Shown here in pieces: positions 49,678 through 63,503 of a DNA stretch of 64,000 nucleotides (its first letter is position 1; each line of letters opens with the position of its first letter). Source of the DNA: Octopus sinensis. Lineage: Eukaryota. Under the pieces are notes generated by a model that saw only the letters and a list, made by a program, of their open reading frames with translations, searched no databases and was not told the origin of the DNA. Location: the NCBI RefSeq assembly GCF_006345805.1, contig NC_042998.1:190774001-190838000 (forward strand), read 5' to 3'. The position numbers were made by a program, and so were the translations under genes.

Positions 49678-50359
49678 AACAGAGTGAAGAAGAGAGATAG
49701 AGAAAAAAGAGAGAGTATGGAGTAAGTTGTGTATGAATATATTATATGCATATGTATGTATGTATGTATCTATCTGTCTATCTATATACACATAACCAGA
49801 TTGGACGAGATTATATATATATATATCTTTATATACATACATACATGCGTACATACATACACATAGACATAAACACACATACACACACACATATATACAT
49901 ACATGCACACACACACACACACACACACACAACAAATATACCATATATAGATATATTATATATATATATATATAATACATACAAATATAATTATAATGTA
50001 TATACGTGTGTGAAGAGAAAATAAAGACAGAGAGCGGAGAAGGGGAGAGAGAGAAGGGGAAGAGGAAGAGAGAAGGGGGAAGAGAAAGAGAGTGGAGATG
50101 GAGGGTGAGAGAGGTGGACAGAAAGAAAAAAGTGGCTGTATGTCAAGAATTATGAAACCTATAAAATCTGAGAAGAATTGAAGCAAAGCAAGAAAAGACA
50201 GACTGGGTGGGATGGGGTTTGGGGGAAGCGATGAGTGGTGGCGAGGCGGGAGAATTTTTATAACGGAGATGGAAGGAGAGGAAGAAGGAGGAGAGGAAGG
50301 TGAAGCTGGCTGTAGAAGATGGGACATGAGACAACATTCTGGTCAGCACCAAACTAGCA

Positions 50360-50585
50360 ACACCGAAAGAATATTTTCTACTCCGGGCGCAAGGCACGAA
50401 ATTTTTGGGGAGGGGGGTAAATCGATTAGATCGACCCCCAGTATGCAACTGGTACTTAATCTATCGACTCCGAAAGGATGAAAGGCAAAGTCAACCCCGG
50501 TGGAATTTCAATTCAGAACGTAAAGACAGACGAAATACTGCTAAGCATTTCGCCCGGCGTGCTAACATTTCTGCCAGCTCGCAGC
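50360..50585 (-). mobile_element. SINE family A, short-tail subtype
   Basis: Head GGCTGCGAGCTGGCAGAAATGTTAGC; tail CGTGCCTTGCGCCCGGAGTAGAAAA. Confidence 0.9.
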
Positions 50586-50599
50586 CTTATAATTCTCTT

Positions 50600-51185
50600 C
50601 ATATTCCTTTCTACTCTAGGCACAAGGTCCGAATATTTTGGGGAGGGAGAAGTCGACTAGATCGACCACAGTATGCAACTGGTACTTAATTTATCGACTC
50701 CGAAAGGATGAAAGGCAAAGTCAACCTCGGCGGAATTTGAACACAGAACGTAGAGACAGTCGAAATAACATTTCCTTACTACCCACAAGGGTCCACACAC
50801 AGAGGGGACAATCAAGGACAGACAAACGGGTTAAGTCGATTATATCGATCCCAGTGCGTAACTGGTACTTAATTTATCGACCCCTAAAGGATGAAAGGCA
50901 GAGTCAACCTCGGCGGCATTTGAACTCAGAACGTAGAGACAGTCGAAATACCATTTCCTTACTACCCACAAGGGGCCACACACAGAGGGGACAATCAAGG
51001 ACAGACAAACGGGTTAAGTCGATTATATCAAATCCCAGTGCGTAACTGGTACTTAATTTATCGACCTCTAAAGGATGAAAGGCAGAGTCAACCTCAGCGG
51101 AATTTGAACTCAGAACCTAAAAGACAGACGAAATTCCGCTAAGCATTTCGCCCGGCGTGCTAACGTTTCTGCCAGCTCGTCGCCT
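50600..51185 (-). mobile_element. SINE family A trimer (one head, two headless units, 183-bp period)
   Basis: Single head at ~51183; near-identical long-tail segments 183 bp apart (ACCCACAAGG at 50781 and 50964); the terminal unit has the short tail. Confidence 0.92.
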
Positions 51186-52129
51186 TCAGCACCGAAATAA
51201 TGTTGATTCTGATGCAGAGTGCTGATTAATCGAATTCTTTTTTGGCGGTTCTACTTTCTAGTCTAGTCTGATATTAAGTGTATTGGTGTGTTGCTGCTGT
51301 GGTGGTGGTGGTGGTGGTGGTGGTGGTGGTGGTGGTTGTTGCTGTATAGTCTCAGGTCATTCCAGATTATATATACTTATTCATCATCAAAGATATTCTT
51401 TCTTAGTACGACCGCCTTGCCTTATTCAAACGGTGCATCTGCGATTGTATTAAAATGTTATCACAAACAAAAGATGAATGGGTGAGATTCTGAAGGAGAT
51501 TTACCTGCTATTTTTAGTATGCTGAGCAACTACATACAGGCCGTCTCATTGCCGTGTCTGGTTGTGTGCTAATGTGGTCAGTGCAGTGTCCTACTACACT
51601 GCCTATTCGCTCACACCACCTTCATCTCGGCAAGACCAAGACCAAAGCCACTACCACCAACGCCGTCACAACCAACAGCCTAACACCGCCATCATAATCA
51701 GTTACTGTTATTTGATGATATTTTTTTTGTGTTACACCGGTTAATATTAAACTAGAGAAATCGGATCTGTGTGTATGTGTTTGTGTGTATGTATATGTGC
51801 GTGTATAAGTGCGTGCATGTGTGTGTACAAGTGTGTGCATTTGCACGCATGAGTGTGAGGTATATATATGAACAAGTGGTTGAATTATGTTTATATTTAA
51901 GTGTATTTGTTACTGGCTTCATGTTTATATTGTATCTTACACACACAAACACGCACGTTCACTCACACACACACACCACATATGTATGTATATGTGCATA
52001 TGTCTGTCTGTCTGTCTATCTAAATATATATATATGTATCTGTGTGTTTGTGTCCATGTATATATGTGAATATACATCATCCAATATTTAACCAACGTAT
52101 TCATATTCTATATTTGTGCTGCCTTTATC

Positions 52130-52205
<76 letters not shown>

Positions 52206-53139
52206 GCATCATCATGACCATCATCATCATAACCAACATCATCATTAGATATTTCGAATATTTATTTTTACATTGCTAAATAGTTACTAATAATATCCGT
52301 AGACAATCGCACCTCCACACACGTATACACACAAATGTACTGAACTAAACATAGACAAACGCACACACACACATACACACACACACACACACTTGCATAC
52401 AACAATACTTACATACATCTATACATATATATATATAACTTGTATATATGTATATATATATATATTTACATATATGTATGAACATGTGTATGCATGCGTA
52501 TGTATGAATATGTAAGTACGTATGTATGTATGTATCTATCTATCTATATACATATTATTAATATATATATATATATATTTCTGACAGTGAGTGTATCTTA
52601 TTGGTGTCTGACGTGTGTATGCATAGATGTATAATACTATAAAACCTGAACACAATACTTACTACAGACACCTACCAACACTGGACGAGTGATCGTGTGT
52701 TATAGAATAAATGTAATTTTTGTATCAGACACAACACTTTAATATGATTTTCTTTCCGCAACGACAAAGTCCGATATCCCACAAGTAAACTACAATCCCA
52801 TGACCTGCAAGACTAATCCGGCCTCTTTTAATAGAAAATCTTACTCACGCTTGCTTAGTTATCTTTCCAGTATACTTAAGGGAGAATATCTCTAGCATTT
52901 GGGAAATTTGATTGTAATTATACTTCAACCAATATTTGAAGGTTATATAATGAGATTATATTAATTTGATAACCACACACGTACATACACGTTATATCTA
53001 GTACGTATTCATGTGTCTATAAGTTTCTGTATGAGTCGCGAGTGTGTGTGTGTATAAGTGTATGTGCGTATATATATATATATAATATAATATATTACGT
53101 CTATCTCTCTCTCTCTTGTCTCCCTCCTTCTGCCTTCCC

Positions 53140-53174
53140 TGTCTATCTATCTGTCTATCTATCTATCATCTATC

Positions 53175-53209
<35 letters not shown>

Positions 53210-53302
53210 ATCTATCTATATCTATCTGTCTATCTGTCGTCTGTTGTTTGTTTTTTTATTATCTATTATCTATTATTTAACCTACCTTCACCTAACCTAG
53301 AC

Positions 53303-53360
<58 letters not shown>

Positions 53361-53430
53361 CTATCTATCTAACTATCTATCTATCTATCTATATCTATAA
53401 TACTACTATCTATCTATCTATCTATCTATC

Positions 53431-53464
<34 letters not shown>

Positions 53465-53465
53465 C
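53140..53465. repeat. (TATC)n compound microsatellite
   Basis: Directly visible. Confidence 0.95.
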
Positions 53466-53737
53466 ATTTGTCTAGTGATACAGTCTCTCGCACAGACGCA
53501 CACATGTGATCAGTCAGAGCTTTCATAATGTACCGAGTGGTTTATTCTTTCGTTTGTAAACATAAACGTTTTGTATACAAACATACATATATACAAACAG
53601 GTATATAAATTCACATACACACATACACACAGATACATACAGAATGCATACATTCGTACATATGTATGTATGAATTTATGCATATGTTTATATTATTTTT
53701 ATGTTATATATATATATATATGTTATGTATTCATGTG

Positions 53738-53771
<34 letters not shown>

Positions 53772-53864
53772 AGTAGAATATATAAGGGTGGTGTGCATAT
53801 CTATCTATCCTTCTGCCCATCCATCTATTTATCTCTCCTCTCCCTCTCTCTCTCTCTCTCTCTC

Positions 53865-53922
<58 letters not shown>

Positions 53923-53963
53923 CTGTACATAAATATATATCTGTATGTATTTGAGTGTGAGCA

Positions 53964-54005
<42 letters not shown>

Positions 54006-54178
54006 GTACACAAACATGCATATACATACTTATGCGTGGTGTGTGTGTGTGTATTATATACATACATATGTATATGTATGTATATATTTATACATATGTA
54101 TGTGAATATCTATCAGTCCATCTGTTTGTCTGTTCTTCCGTTCGTCCGTCTGCCCTTCCGTCTGTTTGTCTGTCTGTG

Positions 54179-54271
<93 letters not shown>

Positions 54272-54747
54272 TTATCTATCTATCCATCCATATATCTATT
54301 TATACATTTATATACACACGTATCACATCTTCGTGAGTGAAAGACGAAATTTTGGTAACTAGTGGCACTCAGTAGTCGGTGTCAGTCAGCTTGAAAAATC
54401 ACGTGACATTATTCCATTTCGTTTATCTCGCTCCTTTTCAATGTTGGATGATATCAACTGGGCCAAACACGATACAAAATGATACTAAATGATATAACAC
54501 GACCAATAGCCTTCATATATATATATATATATAACAATCACACAAATAAACACAAATACATAGACCCACACACAAACACATAGCTATACTCATTCAAACC
54601 AATACACAATCACATGTGCAGACCCGCCTTCCTCTCCTCATCTCCAAATGACCATGCATCGACCACAACAGCGACATCACCATCAACAGCAGCAGCTACT
54701 GTGACGAAAACAAGTACAGCACGGAGTTCTACATGGCCTCTCTTTCT

Positions 54748-54789
<42 letters not shown>

Positions 54790-54900
54790 GGCCCGATTGA
54801 AATAGTAATTAGACTCACCAAAATTTTAAAACATGACTTTAAAAAGAAGTAAAGACATTAGGTTATGTGGTTAACATATGGTATATATATATATATTGAT

Positions 54901-55115
54901 ATTATATAGAGGGCATTATTACACATAAATGCCGCACGCTAGGAGGGACTCTTAAAGTCAAAACTACCAAGTAAAACATATCATATATGTGTAATAATGC
55001 CCTTTATATAATATAAATAAATATATTCAAGTGAAAAAATTTACAGATTTTTCTCTTATAAGGTTTTTCACGCTAACTACTTGATTTCTGATGAAGATTT
55101 TATCCTATCTTTAAT
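54901..55115 (+). mobile_element. Penelope-like terminal fragment with inverted 5' segment and decayed hammerhead
   Basis: 27-bp inverted arms at 54901-54927 and 54986-55012 (26/27 match). CTGATGA-AGAT-(8)-ATCT at 55088-55110 with GAAA changed to TTAA. (TA)n on both flanks. Confidence 0.5.
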
Positions 55116-55254
55116 ATTATATATATATACCCACACAGATTCATACATACAATACATATGTTAGGCAAAACAGTCTAACTTTCTAAGCACATTCTAGGCT
55201 GTTATATTTAAACCATTTATATGCAGGAATAAATACTGTACGTGTGGAAAGTAT

Positions 55255-55301
<47 letters not shown>

Positions 55302-55334
55302 TAATATATATATATATATATAGGTGTATATATG

Positions 55335-55381
<47 letters not shown>

Positions 55382-55881
55382 ATATATATGTATGTATGTA
55401 TGTTTATATACATGTATTTATTCATTTATAAACATATAAATTGTATATAAAGAAACAATTATACAGCTTTAGCTTAGTGTATTCAACAGATTAATGACCC
55501 TATAAACAAATAATTACTGTTGAGAGCCAACTTTCCTGATGCATTGTGGGTGAATCCACTATACACTACGATTTGATAATGGTACGAAAATATCCTATAT
55601 GGATTAATGCAAACCTCTGTGACCACTACTGTACTGTTTTGGATATAGCAAACTAAGGAACAGGAACGATAAAATTTCACAGGGAAGTGGTCGCTGCATC
55701 TTTCTCTACTCTCTACTCTTACTCACTCTTCGTTTCTTTTATCTCTCCTTCCCCTTTTCCCTCTTTCTTTTTTAATCTCCACCTCTTTCTCTCCCTATAT
55801 ACATATATATATAATACATATATAATATATATATATATAATATATATAATATTATATATATATATATATAATATATATATG

Positions 55882-55920
<39 letters not shown>

Positions 55921-56142
55921 TATATATGTATATATATGTAATATATTATACATGCACACACATATACATGTTTGTGCGTTAGCATAATCTATGCATATGT
56001 ATACAAGTGTTTAGATATATATACACACAACTACTTACATTCATATATACATTCCCGTTCGTTGTTTATAATGACAGGGTGGGTTCGGTTGGAGTGCTTT
56101 TGTGGTTACTCGACCGGGACTGGTCTGGGATAAACAACTGAA

Positions 56143-56175
<33 letters not shown>

Positions 56176-57008
56176 TGTATGTATGTATGTATGTATGATT
56201 TTGTATGTCTGTTTGTCTGTCTGTATCTTATATAAGTTATGCTGCATTACTTATAAACTTAGGCCTGAGCAAATGTCTATAAAAAACTTGAGGTAAAATA
56301 ATACGTTATATTGATAATGAAGAGTTATTGATGTTTAGCCCCTAGTTAAACACCTTTGGATAAAAGATTTCCCATCTGTGGCCTTCCCATATTATTCCCG
56401 GGCGTGGTCCTAGAGCACCTCATGGGCCTATATCATTTCTCTTTTAAAACAGTACGGTAGGCTATGATTTTGGCACGTCTTTCTCCCTAGTCGAACGAGC
56501 GACCGCATAGAGGTACCATCATTTGCACGTGGAAAATTAAAGCAACCGTCGTCACGTTCATTATTTCCCTCGATGTGCTGCTAAACGTTAAATACAACAG
56601 TCAGCAACATTTGACAATGTCCGGACGGCTGTAACCGTATGGGACAACAGCAGCAACTGTATAGCAGAACATTAGCAACAAGTGCACAAGGTATGAAATA
56701 ATGGTATTTTGTGTTATTCATGTTGTTTATTCCCGCCTCAGATATGTACTGAAAGGACCATAGGACAATATCGTTAAATTAAGTAGCAGTATATCTAGGA
56801 TTTAATTATTAAATGTGTCCTTCCATTTTTAAGGCGATGGTTTATGATTAGAAGATTTTACTGCTATTTCTACGCGATCGAGTGGTCACAAAGTGAATGT
56901 AGTCGTGGGTGTATGAAATAAAATTTTAAATCAGTGAACAAGCACAGACTTTTCGGACGAAGTGTTAAAGTGCTAATTATCCAAAACATAAGTGTCCACA
57001 TCAGCAGC

Positions 57009-57039
<31 letters not shown>

Positions 57040-57523
57040 AATATATATACATACATACATATATATATATATATAAATATATATATATATATGATATATA
57101 TTGATATATTATATGCATAATTTATGATAAAATGTATGTTAAAATATATAAACACACGGTTATGCATTCAGACTAATATATTTCTTGTTGTTAAGAGCAT
57201 AGCAACACACATCAAGGGTAAAACTACAATAATAATAATAAAAAAAAATAGAACCCTCCATAGGTGACCAGCCTGTCTTTTTGAAGTATTTATAACTGCA
57301 TTTTTCAAATGTATCATCTTTGATTTATATCAGGAGTTAGGGTGTGATTTGGGAGAGAGCTGTTTAGCTATTTGTAGAGGTACTGGAATGGAGTGTGTGC
57401 GCCTACACTCACCCCACACACACAAATACACACGCACATATATCCATACATGCATGTATATATGTATATATATACACACACATATATATACATATATTAT
57501 ACATACATACATACACATACATG

Positions 57524-57554
<31 letters not shown>

Positions 57555-57603
57555 CTATATATAAATAAATATATATTATATAATACATGTATGTGTATGC
57601 ATA

Positions 57604-57651
<48 letters not shown>

Positions 57652-57869
57652 GGTGTGTGTATGTGTATGGGAATTGCAATTTTTAAAATCTTTGTTTTTA
57701 CGTATATACGTTTATAATTACACGCGTATATAAATATATACACACTCATACACATTGCCACACAAGCACTCAGAAACACAAACATACACACATATTTACA
57801 AAGTACCATAAATTTGGAAAGAGTCCAACGTCCAACACACAGCAATGAACTCAACGGCAACAAGCAACA

Positions 57870-57916
<47 letters not shown>

Positions 57917-58777
57917 AGCAAGTTCGTACAACCAGTAATAATTGTCAAAATTCTGCTACAGTAGTTAAAGGAAGAGTAACAATAGCCGATGCAGTGTTCA
58001 TTGTGTGGTGTTTGTTATTGTGTATTACATATGTCATTAGTGGTGAAAATATACAAACACATGGTTGTGTGAAGAAATTTCAATAACAGTCAATCGTTTT
58101 CTTTTTGTTTCCTTATGTTCTTTATAATTTTCTCTCCCGTTGTCTGTTTTAATAATATATAGACTGAGGTTTCTTTTGAAAAATTCTTCTGGGTCTATAA
58201 ATAAAAGTAATATACAAAGTGTGTGTGTATGTGTGTGTGTGTATATCTGTCAGTACATATATACACACACACGCACATACATATATATGTATGTGTGCAT
58301 ACATAGATAAATACACATGCAAGAATATAAAAAATAGGAGGAAAAGAGATACATTATTATAAACAAATATTTGTGTGTTTGTGTTTGTGTGTGTGTTTAT
58401 GTATATACATATACATACACCATGTGTATATCTCTTCCTATATACTGACTGGTGAGCCAATATTCCTAAGAAGAATTAAGTCTTTACAAATGTAGGAAAA
58501 TGTATAATATCAGAGTAGTTGCTGTCTTGCCCCTGGTCGGTCTTTTTGAGTTGTTCTATGATCATGAGGCGTTTGAGAGGGGTAAATGCATGTATGTACG
58601 TATGTGTGTGTATGTGGTAGATGTCTATACGTGTGTGTAAGTATGTCTTTACGTGTCTACAAGCATATTCCCTACAGTGATGTTTATACAAGTAAAATGT
58701 TTATGTGAAAGCTATATATTATTTTTTTTTATATCTGAGTGCAATTTAAACATATGTCTTACTTCATCGTTACTTAC

Positions 58778-58908
58778 AATCCGCCTCTCCCTTTTCCTGC
58801 AGGCCTGCGACGATAAAGGTAACCATTCTTCCCACCAGTTCTCTTCGAATTCACGTTTGCATGCTCTATACTTCTGGCCAGGGTATGTTCCAGAAAATGT
58901 GTAGCCAT
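58778..58908 (-). CDS. Candidate first coding exon (MATHFLEHTLARSIEHANVNSKRTGGKNGYLYRRRPAGKGRGG, phase 2); no recognised family
   Basis: ATG at 58908-58906 in GAAATGG context, open frame to donor ATT|GTAAGT at 58777, inside the most GC/CpG-rich unique island of the window. Confidence 0.28.
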
Positions 58909-59734
58909 TTCACTGGTCAGTGTATGGCTATTTGGTTCTTTTTGCCGTAGTCTTCACCCTGGCATCGCGGCCATCGTCTGCCGCTCCGCTGCATGGATCG
59001 CAGTCATGACTCTGCATCGCTTTTGGCTTATTCTGATCGTCACCCCAACTAACTTGCTGCCTTCATAACTGCCTTGTCTGAATCCCTCCCCTACAGCTCT
59101 CACAACCACGTGTTTTCCTTTGTAATTTGTATATTCATGTATATTTAGACACATATTTATATATCTGCATTTCATATCTCCCCTTCTTTCGCTCTGTATT
59201 CTTGTACGTATGTGGAGAAATTGAAAGAGAGAGAAAATGAGGGAAGCAGAGAGAGTAAGTTAGAAAGTTAAAATCTTTGTGAGTGAGAGAATGAGTGCGA
59301 GAGATAAATTCATGGAGAGATAAAGAGAGTGTTAAAATATGAGAGAGTGGGGGCAGAGAGAGAGAGAGTTACTCTAATACATGTTGTAAATATATCTGCG
59401 CATTCGGGTTACTGTATGTAAGCGGATAACTTTTTATAAATGAATGTGTGATAGTGTGTATGTATTTGAAACGATCAAGAAAGCAATAACAATAGTTTAA
59501 TGGGAGAAGAAAAGGAGAGAAACGGGAGAGTAAGATGGAGGGGTAGATGGAAGAGAAGAAGAAGAAGAAGAAGGAGAGAAAGAAGAGTAAGGAAGCAAGG
59601 AAAAAGCCAGGAGATGGAAGTAGGTGCGGCGACGTGGTTGGAAGAGCAAGAGGGTAAATGTGAGAAAAATTATCCTCACACGAAAAAAGAATTGAGATAG
59701 GGTGAAATATAAATATTGATAGACAGACAAATAG

Positions 59735-59764
59735 ACTGACAGACCGACAGATAGATAGATAGAT

Positions 59765-59823
<59 letters not shown>

Positions 59824-59832
59824 GTAGATAGG

Positions 59833-59873
<41 letters not shown>

Positions 59874-59900
59874 TGATTGATAGATAGATGGGTAGGTAGG

Positions 59901-59965
<65 letters not shown>

Positions 59966-60020
59966 GGGTAGGTAGGTTGCAAGGTAGATACGTAGATGGT
60001 TAGGTAGGCAGATAGATAGG
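59735..60020. repeat. (GATA)n/(GGTA) microsatellite
   Basis: Directly visible. Confidence 0.95.
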
Positions 60021-60149
60021 TAGGTAGAGAGGCTTGAATAGAGATGGGACAGACGGAGAGCAAATAGCAAAGCTTGAACATCGGTATAGGCAGCTCATTC
60101 TTTTGAGTAAAGTTCTCGTCCCAGTACACTAAAGCATTCTCTCCCCTCC

Positions 60150-60190
<41 letters not shown>

Positions 60191-60899
60191 CGTGTCTCTT
60201 ATCTTGTCTCACTACTTCTCCCGTTTTTTCGTTATGGTTTCTCTTCCGCCCAGATACTCTTCTATCGTTGGTGCCGACGTGTTTTATTAATCAATTTACC
60301 AACATATCTGCTGAGCTGTGTACTCTTCCCTGTTTGAGAGTTCGTTCTTTCATTCGATCTCATGGCGGCGTCAGAAATGTGCTTGCATACATAATACGTA
60401 CATACATACATACATACATGCATGCGTACATACATACATACTTCATTTTCTTCTTTTTCTTTTTCTTCTTCACTTTCGTTCTCTCTCTCTCTTTCACTCC
60501 CTCTCTCGTTCTCTCACTTTCTCTCGCTTAATCGTTTCTCTCCTTTCTGGCCACCCAAACCACAACCTTTCGTAATCTATACAGTCTTATCGATTCTCCT
60601 ACTTCCTCACTAAATCCTGATATCAATTTAGCTCTTTACTTCTGCAATAGATCCTTACGTTGTTCTTTCCTCCTCCTCCTCCTCTCCTCCAATTCTCTTC
60701 CTCTTCCTCCTCCTCCCCCCTCTCACCCCTTTCCCTTCCACCTTTTTCTGCCTCACCATTTTCCCTATCTGCACCAGACCTGTCTTTCTACTTGTCTTTA
60801 TGCCCTTCCTCCCCACGTTTCTTTTTCTTTTTTTAAATTTTGCTTTTGCAAATTCTTCACACACACAACACACACACACACACACCACACACACACACC

Positions 60900-61027
60900 A
60901 CTATAATGCATGTATATGCATGTATATATATTATATTATATATGTATATATATATTATTATATATAGTATAATATGTGTAAATATATATATGTATATAAG
61001 ATATATATATATATAATATATAATATG

Positions 61028-61066
<39 letters not shown>

Positions 61067-61089
61067 GTATATAGATATATATATATATA

Positions 61090-61133
<44 letters not shown>

Positions 61134-61290
61134 GTGTATATATATTATATATATATATGTATATATATATATAATATATTATATATACGTATATATATAT
61201 GTATATATATATAAATTATATATAGATATGTATATAGTGTTCTGTGTATATATATATATGTATATATATATACATATATTATAACATATA
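60900..61290. repeat. (TA)n degenerate microsatellite field
   Basis: Directly visible. Confidence 0.95.
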
Positions 61291-61514
61291 TTATAAGCAT
61301 GTGTGAGTTTATGTATGTGCGAATGTTCGCGTGTGCGTGTGTTTAAATTTGTATGAACTACTTATATTCCAGTTTATTTAATTGATATGTTGATTCTAAT
61401 GATTTGCCTACACATCCGCACACACATTATACATACACCACAAACACAACTACATTTATGTATATATGTGTATATATATATATATATGTATGAGCATGCA
61501 TGCTTAGTATCTGC

Positions 61515-61561
<47 letters not shown>

Positions 61562-62081
61562 ACGTATGTGTGTGTGTGTATCTATAAACAGGAATATCTC
61601 TAATTTTGCATTCACTACCAGAGTCGATTTAAGAAAAAAATAAAAAAAATAAAAAAAGGGAGAACATATAAATTGGTGAGATACATTTGTTTCATGATAG
61701 GTTATAAGTTCAACTGTGGTTTCCAGTTGAATATCTATTTATAGCATCACTGAAAACATAGTATCATCATGTATTGATGTTATCAAGGCTTGATATCATA
61801 GTAATGGTATAGAAACTCATGAGAATCATTTCGTATATTGGCACATTACCGCGAATTTATAATGGAGCACTAGAGTTATTGTTGTTGTTGGTGTTGGTGT
61901 TGCTTAGCCTCATTCCAGTTAGCTCTCATCGATCCCGTCCCGTGACCATTCCGTCGGTTTAGTCATTGTTTATCTCAGCCTGCACTATCTATTTTATTTG
62001 CCTTAATAAATCTCCTTTCCTCTATCTCTCTCTCCTTTTCTCCCTCTTATATTATATATATATATGTATAATATATAATTA

Positions 62082-62179
<98 letters not shown>

Positions 62180-62199
62180 TGTATATGATATATGTATGT

Positions 62200-62420
62200 A
62201 TATCAGAATGGCAGAGCAGTAAAGTGTACTAAAATAGTGGTTAGAAATTCTCAAGAGAGCTGAACAGCAGAAGGCATTCAGAGAAGACCTCCTACCTCAG
62301 ACAAATGTTTTGGCCCTTAACTTCTTACATTCAAGGGGGGCGGGACTGCATCCAGGTCATGTCTGCTGGGTGCCCTTTTGCTGACACATTTTAGCCACTT
62401 GAACATTGTACACTTGTGCA
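62200..62420 (+). mobile_element. Possible RTE-clade LINE 3' remnant
   Basis: Frames give SEWQS.., AEQQKAFRE.. and NFLHSRGRDC, resembling the RTE C-terminal WR..EE.R..F.C..CGRDC zinc finger. Heavily decayed. Confidence 0.35.
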
Positions 62421-62551
62421 TTTAAACCGCTTGGAGACAATGACAACTCTTTCACATTCATGAAACTATAGGCAGTGTGGTGTTGAGTTCTTGAAAACTC
62501 CAAACAGATGTGTTGAGTGCTTCTTCCTTTGGTTTGTTTTCACTTACTCGA

Positions 62552-62690
<139 letters not shown>

Positions 62691-63503
62691 CATATGATTA
62701 GTGACTCTTACAGGTTTAGTTCTGTTACAACCGTGAATAAATTGTTAAAGAGAGCGTAAATGTAAAAAAAATTTTTCTATAAAAGTTACCTCTCATTATG
62801 GAAATATTCGTTTTCTTTACGGTATTAAGTATGTTAGTTTATTACTGTTCTTATCGGATTCATCTTCACTCCGATTGTATGCGTGTGTGAGTATATATAT
62901 ATATGTTATAGTATATAAAATTTCTGGAGTGGAAGCATTGGTGTAACCTTGATGTTCTTGTGATCTGATGAACCAGCTTTATTTATGAGCACAGATTTGT
63001 AAGTATACAATTGTATAATGCGTAGTATACCTATAAGAGCAGACATGTAAAATAATTTATTGTCCAGTGAAATTGTTATTGCATGATGAAGGCTGCAATG
63101 CGTGGGATCCTTTATTGGCTCGTCACAATGGTACAATGGACTGAGATGGCACAGATATACTACTGATAATTACATTGCAACGTAGAATTGATTCCAGTGG
63201 GATTCTGAAATCATGAAAGGCCACAAAGAGACGGAACGAAACATTTAGTCATATCTCATTTCTGAAATTTCACTAATTTTAGAATTTCATTGTAGTCTAG
63301 ATCATAGGACCCCAGTCTGTTTTGCATTGCAGGCCAGTTTCATGCAAGCCAATTTTCCTATGACCCGGGAGATCACGGACACAACAAAACACACACAAAA
63401 GGGCTTATAGTATATAATATTATTTATAATGAAAAAACACAACGTAGACAGCTATTGTCAAGAAAACAGAAATAAGATTTTAAAATGTATTCCTTCTTTG
63501 CAG

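Noticed and set aside
51407-51481. 75-nt plus-strand exon-like segment
   Set aside because: The donor GTGAGA is supplied by an abundant short repeat (GGGTG.GATT..AGGAGATTT.CTGCTATTT); no protein match.
60254-60337. ILFYRWCRRVLLINLPTYLLSCVLFPV as a Cys-loop receptor M1 exon
   Set aside because: The RR-to-N and N-to-P spacings do not match nAChR-type M1, the frame stops without a donor, and the pyrimidine tract is a CT microsatellite.
62965-62990. Isolated CTGATGA (also near 1963, 5807 and 38551)
   Set aside because: No following stem and GAAA; the heptamer alone is expected many times by chance.
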